Of a stretch of 64,000 bases of DNA, positions 26,231 through 46,209 are shown one piece after another. The stretch lies in assembly GCF_009914755.1 (NCBI RefSeq), contig NC_060929.1; one strand, given 5' to 3'. A program made the position numbers and the translations under genes. The notes under the pieces were generated by a model. It made no database searches. It was not told the origin of the DNA and saw nothing but the letters and a program-made list of their open reading frames with translations. Origin of the DNA: the human T2T-CHM13v2.0 reference genome, Homo sapiens. Positions within the stretch are counted from its first letter, which is position 1. Each line of letters begins with the position of its first letter.

Positions 26231-28238
26231 TTCCACAACCTCATGGAGATAATGGAGAGGTGTCTTATGACCATCTTCATAGGTAAGAGACACATCACAT
26301 TTCTCCTCCAGACTTTACAGATCTCATGATGTATAATCTGACCACCAGGATGCCATGTTATTCCACCCAGTATTATAATGAACGCACATACTCCCAGATG
26401 TTCTCTGCTGCCTGAATCAGCCTACAGCTGGCTTCATCACCCCTTTTGTTGCCAGATTCAGAAATAATGCTATCGTGTGCTCCAACTGATTCGTGGATGG
26501 AGTTACTTCAAGTGGCATCTTTCTGTCTGACCCAAAATTGAAATATAGCGTCATAAAACAAAGAAGGTCAAAATTATCCAGGTTAGTGATTAGAGACCAC
26601 TCTTGGTACAGTCTCTGACAGGAGTTGCTCAAGGAAGATCCTAACGGTGCTCCAAGCCAACAAAGCATTCAGATCATGAGGGCGTTTCCTAAAAAGTGTC
26701 CTTTAAGTTAAAACTAGGATGTATGCCGTTGTTTAAGTGAAAGGCTGCTAGGATTATCTTTTCATAAAATAAAATACCACTTGCTCTAGAGGCGGAGAGA
26801 CTACACAAAACACAAAGACGTGAATGTGATCACTTGGCAGCCGGACAGAAGTTAGGAAAAGATACCTGTGCTCTAAAATAAAGAATATTCTGTGCATACC
26901 AAAAAATGTAAACTATGTAGACTCTTGTCATTCCTTATCAAAATATACTGGAAGATACAAGAACTGCAAGACTTTATTTCCTCTTCAGTAACCACTTGAG
27001 TTTCATTTTGAAGAAGAGGGAGAGAACCTTCCACAAAATAACTTTGTCATTGTTGATTACTCGCCAGATCCCAGATATGATTCATTCCTTTATTTGGAAT
27101 CGGAAAAGAGCCACACAAGACTGTGAGTACATATAAAACCAGATAGACCAGTGAGGTCAATGTTGATTTGTGCAATTAGCCAGACCTGGGAGCTCTCAGT
27201 AGAAACTGCTTTGATTTTTGACTTTTAGAAAGTTATTCTACCAGAGAATTATTATGGTAATTGAAATTAGGAAGGGAATTACGGTTGAACCCTAAATAAC
27301 ATGATGTAGATGCTAAAACTGCTATTTAGCTGTTACACTGAACTATTTGGAACAATGGGAGGACAGGGTCTACTTGTGAGAGCACTAATTTTAATTTTGG
27401 GATTGCCAATTTGTTGGCCTTTCACTGCTTCCTTAAAGGAAATGCAGGGTCTGAAAGAACTTGCCTAAGGCCTATATTCAAGGAGAAAATTATGAGCTTC
27501 ACTTCCTAAGGAGGAGACATTTAACTTCTTCCTCCTTTGAGGGTGGTGCAGGCTTCACATTCATGGGTGTCAAAATCTCTGCTACAAAATGAGAGATTCC
27601 CTGTGATGGATAAGTTGTAAGAGCTAACTACTTTGGAAATGATCTTGTCCTTTACAAGTGTTTACATACCTCATTATTTTTCTGAAATAAAGAGGAGTGT
27701 GCAGGAGTGCTACTATTAAGATGTGACTTATAGATACCATGTATCCTAAAAGATCAGGGCTAAAGTTTGATTATCATAAAGCATAATTCTGACAGTTAAT
27801 TTCTTTATGTCTTCATCTGTCAAGACATTAGCAGATATTTAATGAACGGATATCAAATGGCAAACATTATTTATCTTTATGAGATGATTGAGAGGATTAT
27901 TACGGTGGTGAATTAAGAGTCACAAAGAAGCAAGTTAGAAAGTAGAGAGTCATGAGAAGCAAATCAGTGAAAGTTACAAAACACATTTTGAAAAAAGTGA
28001 GCATGGTTTGTCCTACGTTTTTTCCCAAATTGACAATGAATTTTACTTTTTGTTCCTATCTTTTCAAAAATATATAATACATGCATGTTGTGATATTCAA
28101 ACACAATAGAACTAGATGAGAGTCCTTGGTAACAGTAGCCCAGAGAGACAAGCACAGTTAACCATATGGCGTCTTATTTTTTCAAATTTATTTTACATAT
28201 ATATTATCAAGTTACTATTGTTATAAAAATGGGTATAT

Positions 28239-29140
28239 GGGAGAGGAGCCAAGATGGCCAAATAGGAACAGCTCCGGTCTACAGCTCCCAGCGTGAGCGA
28301 CGCAGAAGACGGGTGATTTCTGCATTTCCATCTGAGGTACCGGGTTCATCTCACCAGGGAGTGCCAGACAGTGGGCGCAGGTCAGTGGGTGCGCGCACCA
28401 TGCGCCAGCCGAAGCAGGGCGAGGCATTGCCTCATTCGGAAGCGCAGGGGGTCAGGGAGTTCCCTTTCCTAGTCAAAGAAAGGGATGACAGACAGCACCT
28501 GGAAGATCGAGTCACTCCCACCCGAATACTGCGCTTTACCAAAGGGCTTAAAAAACAGCGCACCAGGAGATTGTGTCCGGCACCCGGCTCCAAGGGTCCT
28601 ACGCCCACGGAGTCTCGCTGATTGCTAGCACAGCAGTCTGAGATCAAACTGCAAGGCGGCAGCGAGGCTGGGGGAGGGGCGCCCGCCATTGCCCAGGCTT
28701 GCTTAGGTAAACAAAGCAGCCTGGAAGCTCGAACTGGGTGGAGCCCACCTCAGCTCAAGGAGGCCTGCCTGCCTCTGTAGGCTCCACCTCTGGGGGGCAG
28801 GGCACAGACAAACAAAAAGCAGTAACCACTGCAGACTTAAGTGTCCCTGTCTGACAGCTTTGAAGAGAGCAGTGGTCTCCCAGCACACAGCTGGAGATCT
28901 GAGAATGGGCAGACTGCCTCCTCAAGTGGGTCCCTGACCCCTGTGCCCCGAGCAGCCTAACTGGGAGGCACCCCCCAGCAGGGGCACACTGACACCTCAC
29001 ACAGCCGGGTACTCCAACAGACCTACAGCTGAGGGTCCTGTCTGTTAGAAGGAAAACTAACAAACAGAAAGGACATCCACACCAAAAACCCATCTGTACA
29101 TCACCATCATCAAAGACCAAAAGTAGAGAAAACCACAAAG
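28239..29140 (+). promoter_or_regulatory. L1 5'UTR with internal sense and antisense promoter
   Basis: CpG-rich. YY1 motif 'caagatggcc' at 28250-28259. Confidence 0.85.
28432..28689 (-). CDS. ORF0: L1 antisense ORF0 homolog (85 aa, open)
   Basis: ATG-initiated 'MAGAPPPASLPPCSLISDCCASNQRDSVGVGP...' matches primate L1 ORF0. Expression is unknown. Confidence 0.7.
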   Translation of the reverse strand: MAGAPPPASLPPCSLISDCCASNQRDSVGVGPLEPGAGHNLLVRCFLSPLVKRSIRVGVTRSSRCCLSSLSLTRKGNSLTPCASE

Positions 29141-30155
29141 ATGGGGAAAAAACAGAGCAGAAAGACTGGAAACTCTAAAAAGCAGAGCGCCTCTCCTCCT
29201 CCAAAGGAACGCAGTTCCTCACCAGTAACGGAACAAAGCTGGATGGAGAATGACTTTGACAAGCTGAGAGAAGAAGGCTTCAGATGATCAAATTACTCCG
29301 AGCTACGGGAGGACATTCAAACCAAAGGCAAAGAAGTTGAAAACTTTGAAAAAAATTTAGAAGAATGTATAACTAGAATAAATAATACAGAGAAGTGCTT
29401 AAAGGAGCTGATGGAGCTGAAAACCAAGGCTCGAGAACTACGTGAAGAATGCAGAAGCCTCAGGAGCCAATGCGATCAACTGGAAGAAAGGGTATCAGCG
29501 ATGGAAGATGAAATGAACGAAATGAAGCGAGAAGGGAAGTTTAGAGAAAAAAGAATAAAAAGAAATGAGCAAGGCCTCCAAGAAATATGGGACTATGTGA
29601 AAAGACCAAATCTACGTCTGATTAGTACCTGAAAGTGACGGGGAGAATGGAACCAAGTTGGAAAACACTCTGCAGGATATTATCCAGGAGAACTTCCCCA
29701 ATCTATCAAGGCAGGCCAACATTCAGATTCAGGAAATACAGAGAACACCACAAACATACTCCTCAAGAAGAGCAACTCCAAGACACATAATTGTCAGATT
29801 CACCAAAGTTGAAATGAAGGAAAAAATGTTAAGGGCAGCCAGAGAGAAAGGTCGGGTTACCCTCAAAGGGAAGCCCATCAGACTAACAGCTGATCTCTCG
29901 GCAGAAACTCTACAAGCCAGAAGAGAGTGGGGGCCAATATTCAACATTCTTAAAGAAAAGAATTTTCAACCCAGAATTTCATGTCCAGCCAAACTAAGCT
30001 TCATAAGTGAAGGAGAAATAAAATACTTTACAGATAAGCAAATGCTGAGAGATTTTGTCACCACCAGGCCTGCCCTAAAAGAGCTCCTGAAGGAAGTGCT
30101 AAACATGGAAAGGAACAACCGGTACCAGCCGCTGCAAAATCATGCCAAAATGTAA
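29141..30155 (+). pseudogene. L1 ORF1p, disrupted
   Basis: Starts ATGGGGAAAAAACAG. Premature TGA at ~29285 and frameshift at ~29625. C-terminus 'YQPLQNHAKM'. Confidence 0.95.
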
Positions 30156-30203
30156 AGACCATTGAGACTAGGAAGAAACTGCATCAACTAATGAGCAAAA
30201 TAA

Positions 30204-34043
<3,840 letters not shown>

Positions 34044-35432
34044 ACAATGAGAACACATGGACACAGGAAGGGGAACATCACACTCTGGGGACTGTTGTGG
34101 GTTGGGGGGAGGGGGGAGGGTTAGCATTGGGAGATATACCTAATGCTAGATGATGAGTTAGTGGGTGTAGCGCACCAGCATGGCACATGTATACATATGT
34201 AACTAACCTGCACATTGTGCACATGTACCCTAAAACTTAAAGTATAATAATAATAAATAAAAAATTTTTTAAAATGGAAAAAAATAAATAAAAAAATAAA
34301 AATGGGTATATAATATATATTGCTCTGCAATATTTATTCACTAATCATATTATGGGTAACTTTTGCATACATATTAATCACACACGCTAGTAAGCACATT
34401 AAATTTGATAAAAGAAGAAATTATGAGCTGTGCTTTGCTCTATTAAGTGGAAATAAAGATGAGTTGGAGGACTTTTAGCTGTCAACTTATACTCTTCTGA
34501 AGAATTTAAATTTTATTCACTACCATTTATTATTTTTATGATTGATAGCTAGAAAAAGCAAGTGAACAAGAGAGAAAAAGAGAGGTTAAATTTAAAAGAA
34601 TAAAGTAGAATAATAACTCACGTGGTTGGTTGTGATTTTTCTATTAAAAATATTTTTTGAAAAATTAAGCATTTAAATAGCAAATCTTTTTACCATTTGT
34701 GGACAAATCTACAAACACCAGGCAAAATTTTGTCCATATTCTCAAGAGAAATCATTTGCTCTGGTAGAAATCATGTCCACCCTTTTCCAGTTATCTTAGG
34801 TGAGTGTTCATTCTGAGTGGCCTGATCTTGCTTATTGTAATCATGTGTGCTCTCTTCCTGTGAGGGAAAATTCTGATTCAAAGCTTTTTGTTGTTGTTAC
34901 CAACCTGACTAATGACTCTTAAGAACACAAGGTTCAGTAAATTCCCTGAGAAGTTTTATTTCTATGGCCTAGTTTTTTATTATTTTTTATTCTGAGGTAA
35001 TGCCTGGACCCAGTAGAGGGAAATCTTTATTTACTTTGATCTTACTAAGAGCTCATGTAAAGCTGGGAACTGCATGCGAGAACAAATATACTAAAAAGTA
35101 TGATTGTTTGGTATTGTGTTTCTTTCCAGTACATTACACAGAGTTTTCTCTATGAAGGCTCCTGGGAGAAGTTTCTTTCTGGTCTCAAGTACAGTGAAAG
35201 CGTTTAAGCAATTAATATGTTTTTACATTACAGACAATGTGGATTTTGCAACAAAGACTGTTTCTGGCTTTTATATTACTTAAAATATGTAACCTAGATG
35301 TCCCTAGACCCCACCAGCCTAGGGGCACAAATGAGTCACATTAACATTAATTCCCCAATACTATAGAGCTGATGTGCCTCAACCCCCTACAGAGAAGACT
35401 CCTGCTCCAAACATCCTGCATATCCCTCAGGG

Positions 35433-36650
35433 TGTATCATGCGTGCTTATATTTGTTGCTTGTAAGTAACAGAAAGCAATTATTTCAGCTTAAGCCAAGA
35501 AAAAGACATTTGTTATAATGACTAGGAGATGACCTGTAGAAACTAAGGGCAGAAAGGCACCCTTGCCTCAGAAAAGACTGGAACCAGAGATTCGAGTGTC
35601 ATCAGGAAGCTCCCTCTGTCTTTCATATCTGCTCCTTGATGCATAATTCTCTCCCCTTCCCTCCATCTCCCTCTTCTACCTTTCCCCTCTTCCTCTCCCT
35701 CCCCCTTCTCTCTCTCTGTCTCTCTCTCTCAGCTTCTTCTGCTGGTCCAACTCAGTGACAGGACTTTGAAGTTTACATGACACAGATCTAGCTACCTGGA
35801 GAGAAACTGCAACTATTTCTTGGTCTCAATTTGAATGGGACTGATAGTCCTGTTACAGTAGGTAGTTAGACAAAAGCAGGGCAGGAGAGCGTTCCCCACA
35901 CACCAGGAATGTCAGGCAGCCATCAGATAATGGTCAGGTGGTTGTTAACTGTCGCGCTAAAGTAATAATTGGTCACAGCTGGTGCCAGGGAAAGGCAGAC
36001 TCTCAATAGATAGAAAACCTGAAACTGATGATCAGCAGCTTCCTGATAAGATTTCAGGAGTCGGGCAAGCAGGCTCAAGCATCCACACTAAGATGCAAAA
36101 TGGCGGAGTTTAACTGGTATATGACCTTTCTCTAGGAACACTCGACTGGTAAGGGGAAAACGCCTCAAGTGAGCATACGTACAACTTAAACACACTGCAT
36201 ATGCAGCCCCTCCCAAGTGCTAGCAGGCCACTGCAGGTGTGGAATGCCAACATATCAAATCCCAAGTCAACAGTCAAACCAGGTACTTGAATCTCTTAAG
36301 CAGCTCACTTCGCCCTCTTCCAATTGTACTTTACTTCCTTTCATTCCTGACCTAAAACTTTTCAATAAACTTTCATTCCTGCTGTAAAACTTGCCTCAGT
36401 TTCTCACTCTGCCTTATGCCCCTTGGTTGAATGCTTTCTTCTGACAAGGCAAAAATGGAGGTTGCTGTAGACCCATATGGATTTGCTACTCCTAACAGTC
36501 CTAGCTTGAGCTGATTGCCCACCTCTGTGCCAGCCCACTGTGGCAAGGGTGGCAAGTCATGTGACCCTCGAATGTCCTGGTGGCCAGGTGGGTGAAAGAG
36601 TATAGTTTCCAGAGAAGGGGATGAGTGGGACTACACTGACAGCACATGAC
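35433..36650 (-). mobile_element. Old MaLR-like LTR (MLT1 late subfamily) split by MER50
   Basis: Starts 'ttgcttgtaagtaacagaaagcaa...cagcttaagc'. Resumes after MER50 with 'cctagcttgagctgattgcccacc'. Confidence 0.5.
35851..36497 (+). mobile_element. ERV1 solo LTR (MER50-like)
   Basis: Runs 'tgttacagtaggtagttagac...ccaggaatgtcaggcagccatcag...ctaaca'. 4-bp TSD gtcc (35847-35850, 36498-36501); AATAAA at ~36364. Confidence 0.88.
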
Positions 36651-37255
36651 AGCTTAAAGTGGAACTGTGGCTGTCTGGTCATGGCTTCTCATCTCATGGA
36701 GCAGTGCCTTCCATGCTTCTCAAGACCATTCCACCAAGAAACATGCTGCTCAGTTGTGATGCCCTTACAACAAATTGTAAAGCTGCAAACTCTCAAGATG
36801 ATGAAACATCAACAACAATCAAACATCAAGATGCTGAAACAAACAATCAGTCCTTTTGCTCTGGAGCCATCAGTGTACCCGCAGGAAGATAAGAAGAATG
36901 TCTGTCTTCATAGGAGGCAGATCTCCCTGACTCCAGGCTAGGTTTATTTTGCCCAAGTTTACACAACAAAAACAGAGTGAAAATAGTATTTGAGCCCACA
37001 TCTGTCTGATTTTGAAATCACTTAGCATTGATTTTCCTGGTCCCTTGAAACAACCTCCCTTAATCTTTCTTGAAGTGTAATGGACTACCTCTAAGCAAAA
37101 TTGTGAAGAAGGAAAGTCATATCTCATTGCCCTATAAACGAAATATCCAAGTCTCTCATAACAGATTCCCTGGAGTCTGTTTCTCCAGGATCAAGCTCTT
37201 TACTATTAACACCAGGTATTGAATTAATCAAGAAAACATATGCTAAAGTACTCAC

Positions 37256-37316
37256 CATCAAATGCTACCGCCGGCATGAAAATTGAGAGTTCACTGATAT
37301 TGTTATGTGCATGTGT
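37256..37316 (-). other. Candidate internal exon (61 nt)
   Basis: Minus strand: acceptor 'ttgtttttgtaatgctcttccag|ACA' and donor 'ATG|gtgagt'. Unique sequence. Confidence 0.45.
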
Positions 37317-38643
37317 CTGGAAGAGCATTACAAAAACAATCCAATTTAGATCCTGTGTTAGGCAGGAGAAGTGCCACCATGATTTTTTTCTCCCCCCTCT
37401 AATCAACTCATAAAGACATCTTTTCCTACGCATCAGTTTGCATTTGCTTTCTCACAACACCCCACTGAAATATTTAAAATAAAAAATAGAAAAAATATAT
37501 ATCTTAATGATAGAAAAGGGAGAAGAAAATCATCAATAAGTCAAATATTTTGAGGAATTTCTAAAAGTTAAGTGTACACAGGACTTCATTGGAAGATACA
37601 GCAAATTGCTAGCAGTTGAACAAATACAAAGAAAACAATCTTTATGGTCCAGATAGCTTTAGAGGTAAATTTTATTATTCTTCCTGAAATGGGATTCCAA
37701 TAATACTTAAACTCTTTCAACAACTTAGAAAAGAAATTCAACTTCCAAATATACTGTATCGAGACTATAAAATTTTGCAGGATATTTAAAGTACTTATAG
37801 CTGTTGTCTAGGCAGTTCAAGTTTTAAAAAAAAGTAAGGTAAGTTATACATTTGGGGATTTAATTTTTTAACCAAATATTTTCATTGTTAATTACCCCTT
37901 GGAAACAAAAAGTGAGCATTATATTGACAAGTCTAGCCTTCACATAGTAAATATGTTCTTTTAACATACCATTCAACAAAGATAGTGTAGACATTTTAAG
38001 TCAGAGTCTAAAAGAGGTCATTTATATCACACCTGTTACATCCATTCTGGGAAAAATTGTGAGTCTCCTATCTGTAGACCACAGCTGAGAGAAGAGGGAA
38101 GTGGACTATGTGGTTTCACTTTATTGTTTTACTTTAAGTCTAAAACAAACAAAGTACCTTCTTTCTCTTTCTAAGGACCTGATTGTAAATGTGTTTAATT
38201 TAATTAAAATATACTAGAAGGTTAGGAAGTTGAAAAGGCTATTTATAACTATTCAAGGGAACATCGAGCTATTCTGTAACTCCAAGCTATTAGGACCTAA
38301 TACCAAACCCAAAGATAAATCACAAAAAGAAAAGTAGAATGTTAGCTTAGTTATTTATAGGTATAAAATATTAAATTAATATTAGTAAATCATATGCCCC
38401 AATATCTACACTATGTCTAAAATAGTTGGTCTAAAAAAGTGCCTATAAAGATAGTTCACTATTTTAAAAGCTATTAATAGAACAGAGGAGATCTTACCCT
38501 GATAGAAACTGAAAGGACATTTGGTGAAATATTGTTGACTAAAATAAAATTTTTGGTAAAACAAGAAGAAATATCTACTTCTTTAACATAATAAATGTTT
38601 TCTTAAACAACTGAAAGTTTTCTTTCCTAGTTTTTCATTTCTG

Positions 38644-39097
38644 TTTTAACTTTTAAGTTAAAATTTAGCATTATACCAATTTTCCATTATAAGTACAAGT
38701 GCAGGTTTGTTACATAGGTAAACTTGTATCATGGGGGTTTGTTGTACAGATTTTTTCATCACCCAGGTATTAAGCCTAGTAGTGCCTCTTAGGTATTTAT
38801 CTTGATCATCTCCCTCTCCTCCCACCCTCCAAAGGGCCCCAATATGTGTTGTTCCCCTCTGTGTCCATGTGTTCTCATCATTTAGCTCCCACTTATAAGT
38901 GAGAAATGTAGCATTTGGTTTTCTGTTCTTGTGTTAGTTTTCTAAGAATAATGGCCTCCAACTCCAATTATGTCCCTGCAAAGAATATGATCTTGTTCTT
39001 TTTTATGGCTGCATAGTATTCCTTGGTGTATATGTACTACCTTTTCTTTATCCAGTCTATCATTGATGAACATTTAGGGTGACCCATGTCTTTGCCA
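38644..39097 (-). mobile_element. 5'-truncated older L1PA 3' end (L1PA13-16-like)
   Basis: 'gtgcaggtttgttacataggtaaacttgtatcatgggggtttgttgtacaga...catttagctcccacttataagtgaga'. Confidence 0.85.
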
Positions 39098-39266
39098 TAA
39101 ATAACTGTTTCAGACAGTCATCATTACTTGCAAAATACTAGAAACTTACCATTAAAGTTTATAACAAGATAAGGATTGTAAATTATTATTATTTAATATT
39201 GTTTTAGATGTTCTAGCCAATACAATTAATAATTAGTTAAAGAAAATAAATTAGTTAAAGAAAATA

Positions 39267-39579
39267 GACTGGGTGTGTTGCTCACACCTGTAATCCCAGC
39301 ACTGCAGGAGGCTGAGGTGGGTGGATCATCTGAGGTCAGGAGCTCGAGACTAGCCTGGTCAACATGGTGAAACCCCGTCTCCACTAAAAAATACAAAATT
39401 AGCTAGGTCTTGTGGTGTGTACCTGTAATCCCAGCTACTCAGGAGGCTGAGGCAGGAGAATCACTTGAACCCAGGAGGCGGAGGTTGTGGTGAGCCAAAA
39501 TTGTGCCATTGCATTCCAGCCAGGGCAACAAGAGTGAAATTCCATAAAAAAAAGAAAAAAGAAAAAGAAGAAGAAGAAG
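39267..39579 (+). mobile_element. AluSx-like
   Basis: Full Alu with a (GAA)n tail. TSD aaagaaaata. Confidence 0.95.
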
Positions 39580-40122
39580 AAAGAAAATAGAAGGTAACAA
39601 AATTCTAAATAATGAAATTTTTTACCCAGTAATTTCAAAATTTCAAAGGAATCTATTTTAAAACTTAAAAAAAATTAATGGTAGAGTTCAACATGGTGGC
39701 AAGCTATAAAATAAACACATACAACTCTTTCTTATATACCAATATTGTGTATTAAAAATTAAAATTTAAAAATTGACCAAGTTAAAAAATCCCAAAACTG
39801 GTTCAATTATTTATATAACAATTGAATTGACAAAGGTAGGATTTGCAATTAGTATGTAAAAGATTAATAACTAACAGTAGGATGGCCAAATAGGAGCAGC
39901 TCCAGTCTACAGCTCCCAGCATGAGCAATGCAGAAGATGGGAGATTTCTGCATTTCCAACTGAGGTACCAGGTTCATCTCACTGGGGCTTGTCAGAAAAT
40001 GGGTGCAGCCCACCGAGTGAGAGATGAAGCAGGACGAGGCATTGCATCCCTGGGGAAGCACAAGGGGTCAGGGAATTCCCTTTCCTAGCCAAGGGAAACT
40101 GTGACACACGGCACCTGGAAAA

Positions 40123-40305
40123 TCAGGTCACTCCCACCCTAATACTGCGCTTTTCCAATGGTCTTAGCAAACTGCACACCAGGAGATTATATCCCACACC
40201 TGGCTTGGAGCGTCCCACACCCACAGACCCTCGCTCATTGCTAGCACAGCAGTCTGAGATCGAACTGCAAGGCAGCAGCGAGGCTAGGGGAGGGGCGTCT
40301 GCCAT
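40123..40305 (-). pseudogene. ORF0: L1 ORF0 homolog, 60 aa (shortened)
   Basis: 'MADAPPLASLLPCSSISDCCASNERGSVGVG...IRVGVT*'. Confidence 0.6.
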
Positions 40306-40880
40306 TGCTGAGGCTTGAGTAAGCAAACTAAGTGGCCGGGAAGCTGGAACTGGGTGGATCCCACCACAGCTCAAGGAGGCCTACCTGTCTCTGTAGACTC
40401 CACCTCTGGGGGCAGGGCATAGCTGAACAAAAGGCAGCAGAAACTTCTGCAGCCTTAAGTGTCCCTGTCTGATAGCTTTGAAGAGAGTAGTGGTTCTCCC
40501 AGCACGGAGTTTGAGATCTGAGAACAGACAGACTGCCTCCTCAAGTAGGTCCCTGACCCCCGAGTAGCCTAACTGGGACGCACCTCCCAGTAGGGGCCAA
40601 CTGACACCTCACACACCATGGTGCCCCTCTGAGACAAAGCTTCCAGAGGAACGATCAGGCAGCAACTATTGCTGTTCTGCAATATTTGCTGTTCTGCAGC
40701 CTCCGCTGGTGATACCCAGGCATACAGGGTCTGGAGTGGACCTCCAGCAAACTCCAACAGACCTGCAGCTGAAGGTCCTGACTGTTAAAAGGAAAACTAA
40801 CAAACAGAAAGGACATCCACACCAAAACCCCATCTTTACATCACCATCATCAAAGACCAAAGGTAGATAAAACCACAAAG

Positions 40881-41890
40881 ATGGGGAGAAACCAGAGCAG
40901 AAAAGCTGAACATTCTAAAAATCCAAGCACCTCTTCTCCTCCAAAGGAATGCAGCTCCTTCCCAGCAATGGAACAAAGCTGGATGAAGAATGACTATGAC
41001 AAGTTGAGAGAAGAAGGCTTCAGACGATCAAACTTCCCTGAGCTAAAGGAGGATGTTCGAACCCATCGCAAAGAAGCTAAAAATCTTGAAAAAAGATTAG
41101 ACAAATGGCTAACTAGAACAACCAGTGTAGAGAAGTCCTTAAATAAGCTGATGGAGCTGAAAACCATGGCACGAGAACTACATGACACATATAAAAGCTT
41201 CAGTAGCCAATTTGATCAACTAGAAGAAAGGGTATCAGTGATTGAAGATCAAGTGAATGAAACAAAGTGACAAGTTTAAAGAAAAAAAAGTAAAAAGAAA
41301 TGAACAAAGCCTCCAAGAAATATGGAACTATGTAAAAAGACCAAATCTACGTCTGATTGGTGTACCTGAAAATGACAGGGAGAATGGAACCAAGCTGGAA
41401 AACACTCTTCAGGATGTTATCCAGGAGAACTTCCCCAACCTAGCAAGGCAGGCCAATATTCAAATTCAGGAAATACAGAGAACGCCACAAAGATACTCCT
41501 CGAGAAGAGCAACTCCAAGACATAATTGTCAGATTCACCAAAGTTGAAATGAAGGAAAAAATGTTAAGGGCAGCCAGAGAGAGAGGTTGGGTTACCCACA
41601 AAGGGAAGCCCATCAGACTAACAGTGGATCTCTCGGCAGAAACTCTACAAGCCAGAAGAGAGTGGGGGCCAATATTCAACATTCTTAAAGAAAAGAATTT
41701 TCAACCAGAATTTCATATCCAGCCAAACTAAGCTTCATAAGTGAAGGAGAAATAAAATCCTTTACAGACAAGCAAATGCTGAGAGATTTTGTCACCACCA
41801 GGCCTGCCTTACAAGAGCTCCTGAAGGAAGCACTGAACATGGAAAGGAACAGCCAGTACCAGCCACTGCAAAAACATGTCAAATTGTAAA
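40881..41890 (+). pseudogene. L1 ORF1p, disrupted
   Basis: Fragmented across ORF-track pieces at 40881, 41257 and 41549. Confidence 0.93.
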
Positions 41891-41952
41891 GACCATTGAT
41901 GCTAGGAAGAAACTGCATCAACTAATGAGCAAAATAACCAGCTAACATCATA

Positions 41953-45849
<3,897 letters not shown>

Positions 45850-46209
45850 ACAATGAGAACACATGGACACAGGAAGGGGAACATCACACACCGGGGACTA
45901 TTGTGGGCTGGGGGGAGGGGGGACGGATAGCATTAGGAGATATACCTAATGCTAAATGACGAGTTAATGGGTGCAGCACACCAACATGGCACATGTATAC
46001 ATATGTAACAAACCTGCACGTTGTGCACATGTACCCTAAAACTTAAAGTATAATAATAATAAAATTAAAAAAAGAAAAAGAAATGGTAGCCAAACCTAGC
46101 AATTTCATAAGACGAATATGCTTATCTTCCTAGATTATCAACTTTACTCAATGTTAAGTCATTTTAAATAGTCTATTAAAACAAATATATACCATGGGGA
46201 AAAAAAAAA

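Larger units (their letters stand above)
37600..39880 (+). mobile_element. Highly diverged L1M ORF2 fragments
   Basis: 'ggtccagatagctttagaggtaaattttat' and 'atattgttttagatgttctagccaatacaatta' resemble the ORF2 PGPDGF and VLEVLA regions. Confidence 0.55.

Noticed and set aside
35037-35050. tgatcttactaaga as donor of the 26110-26124 linker
   Set aside because: A 14-nt gapped match at a distance could be chance.
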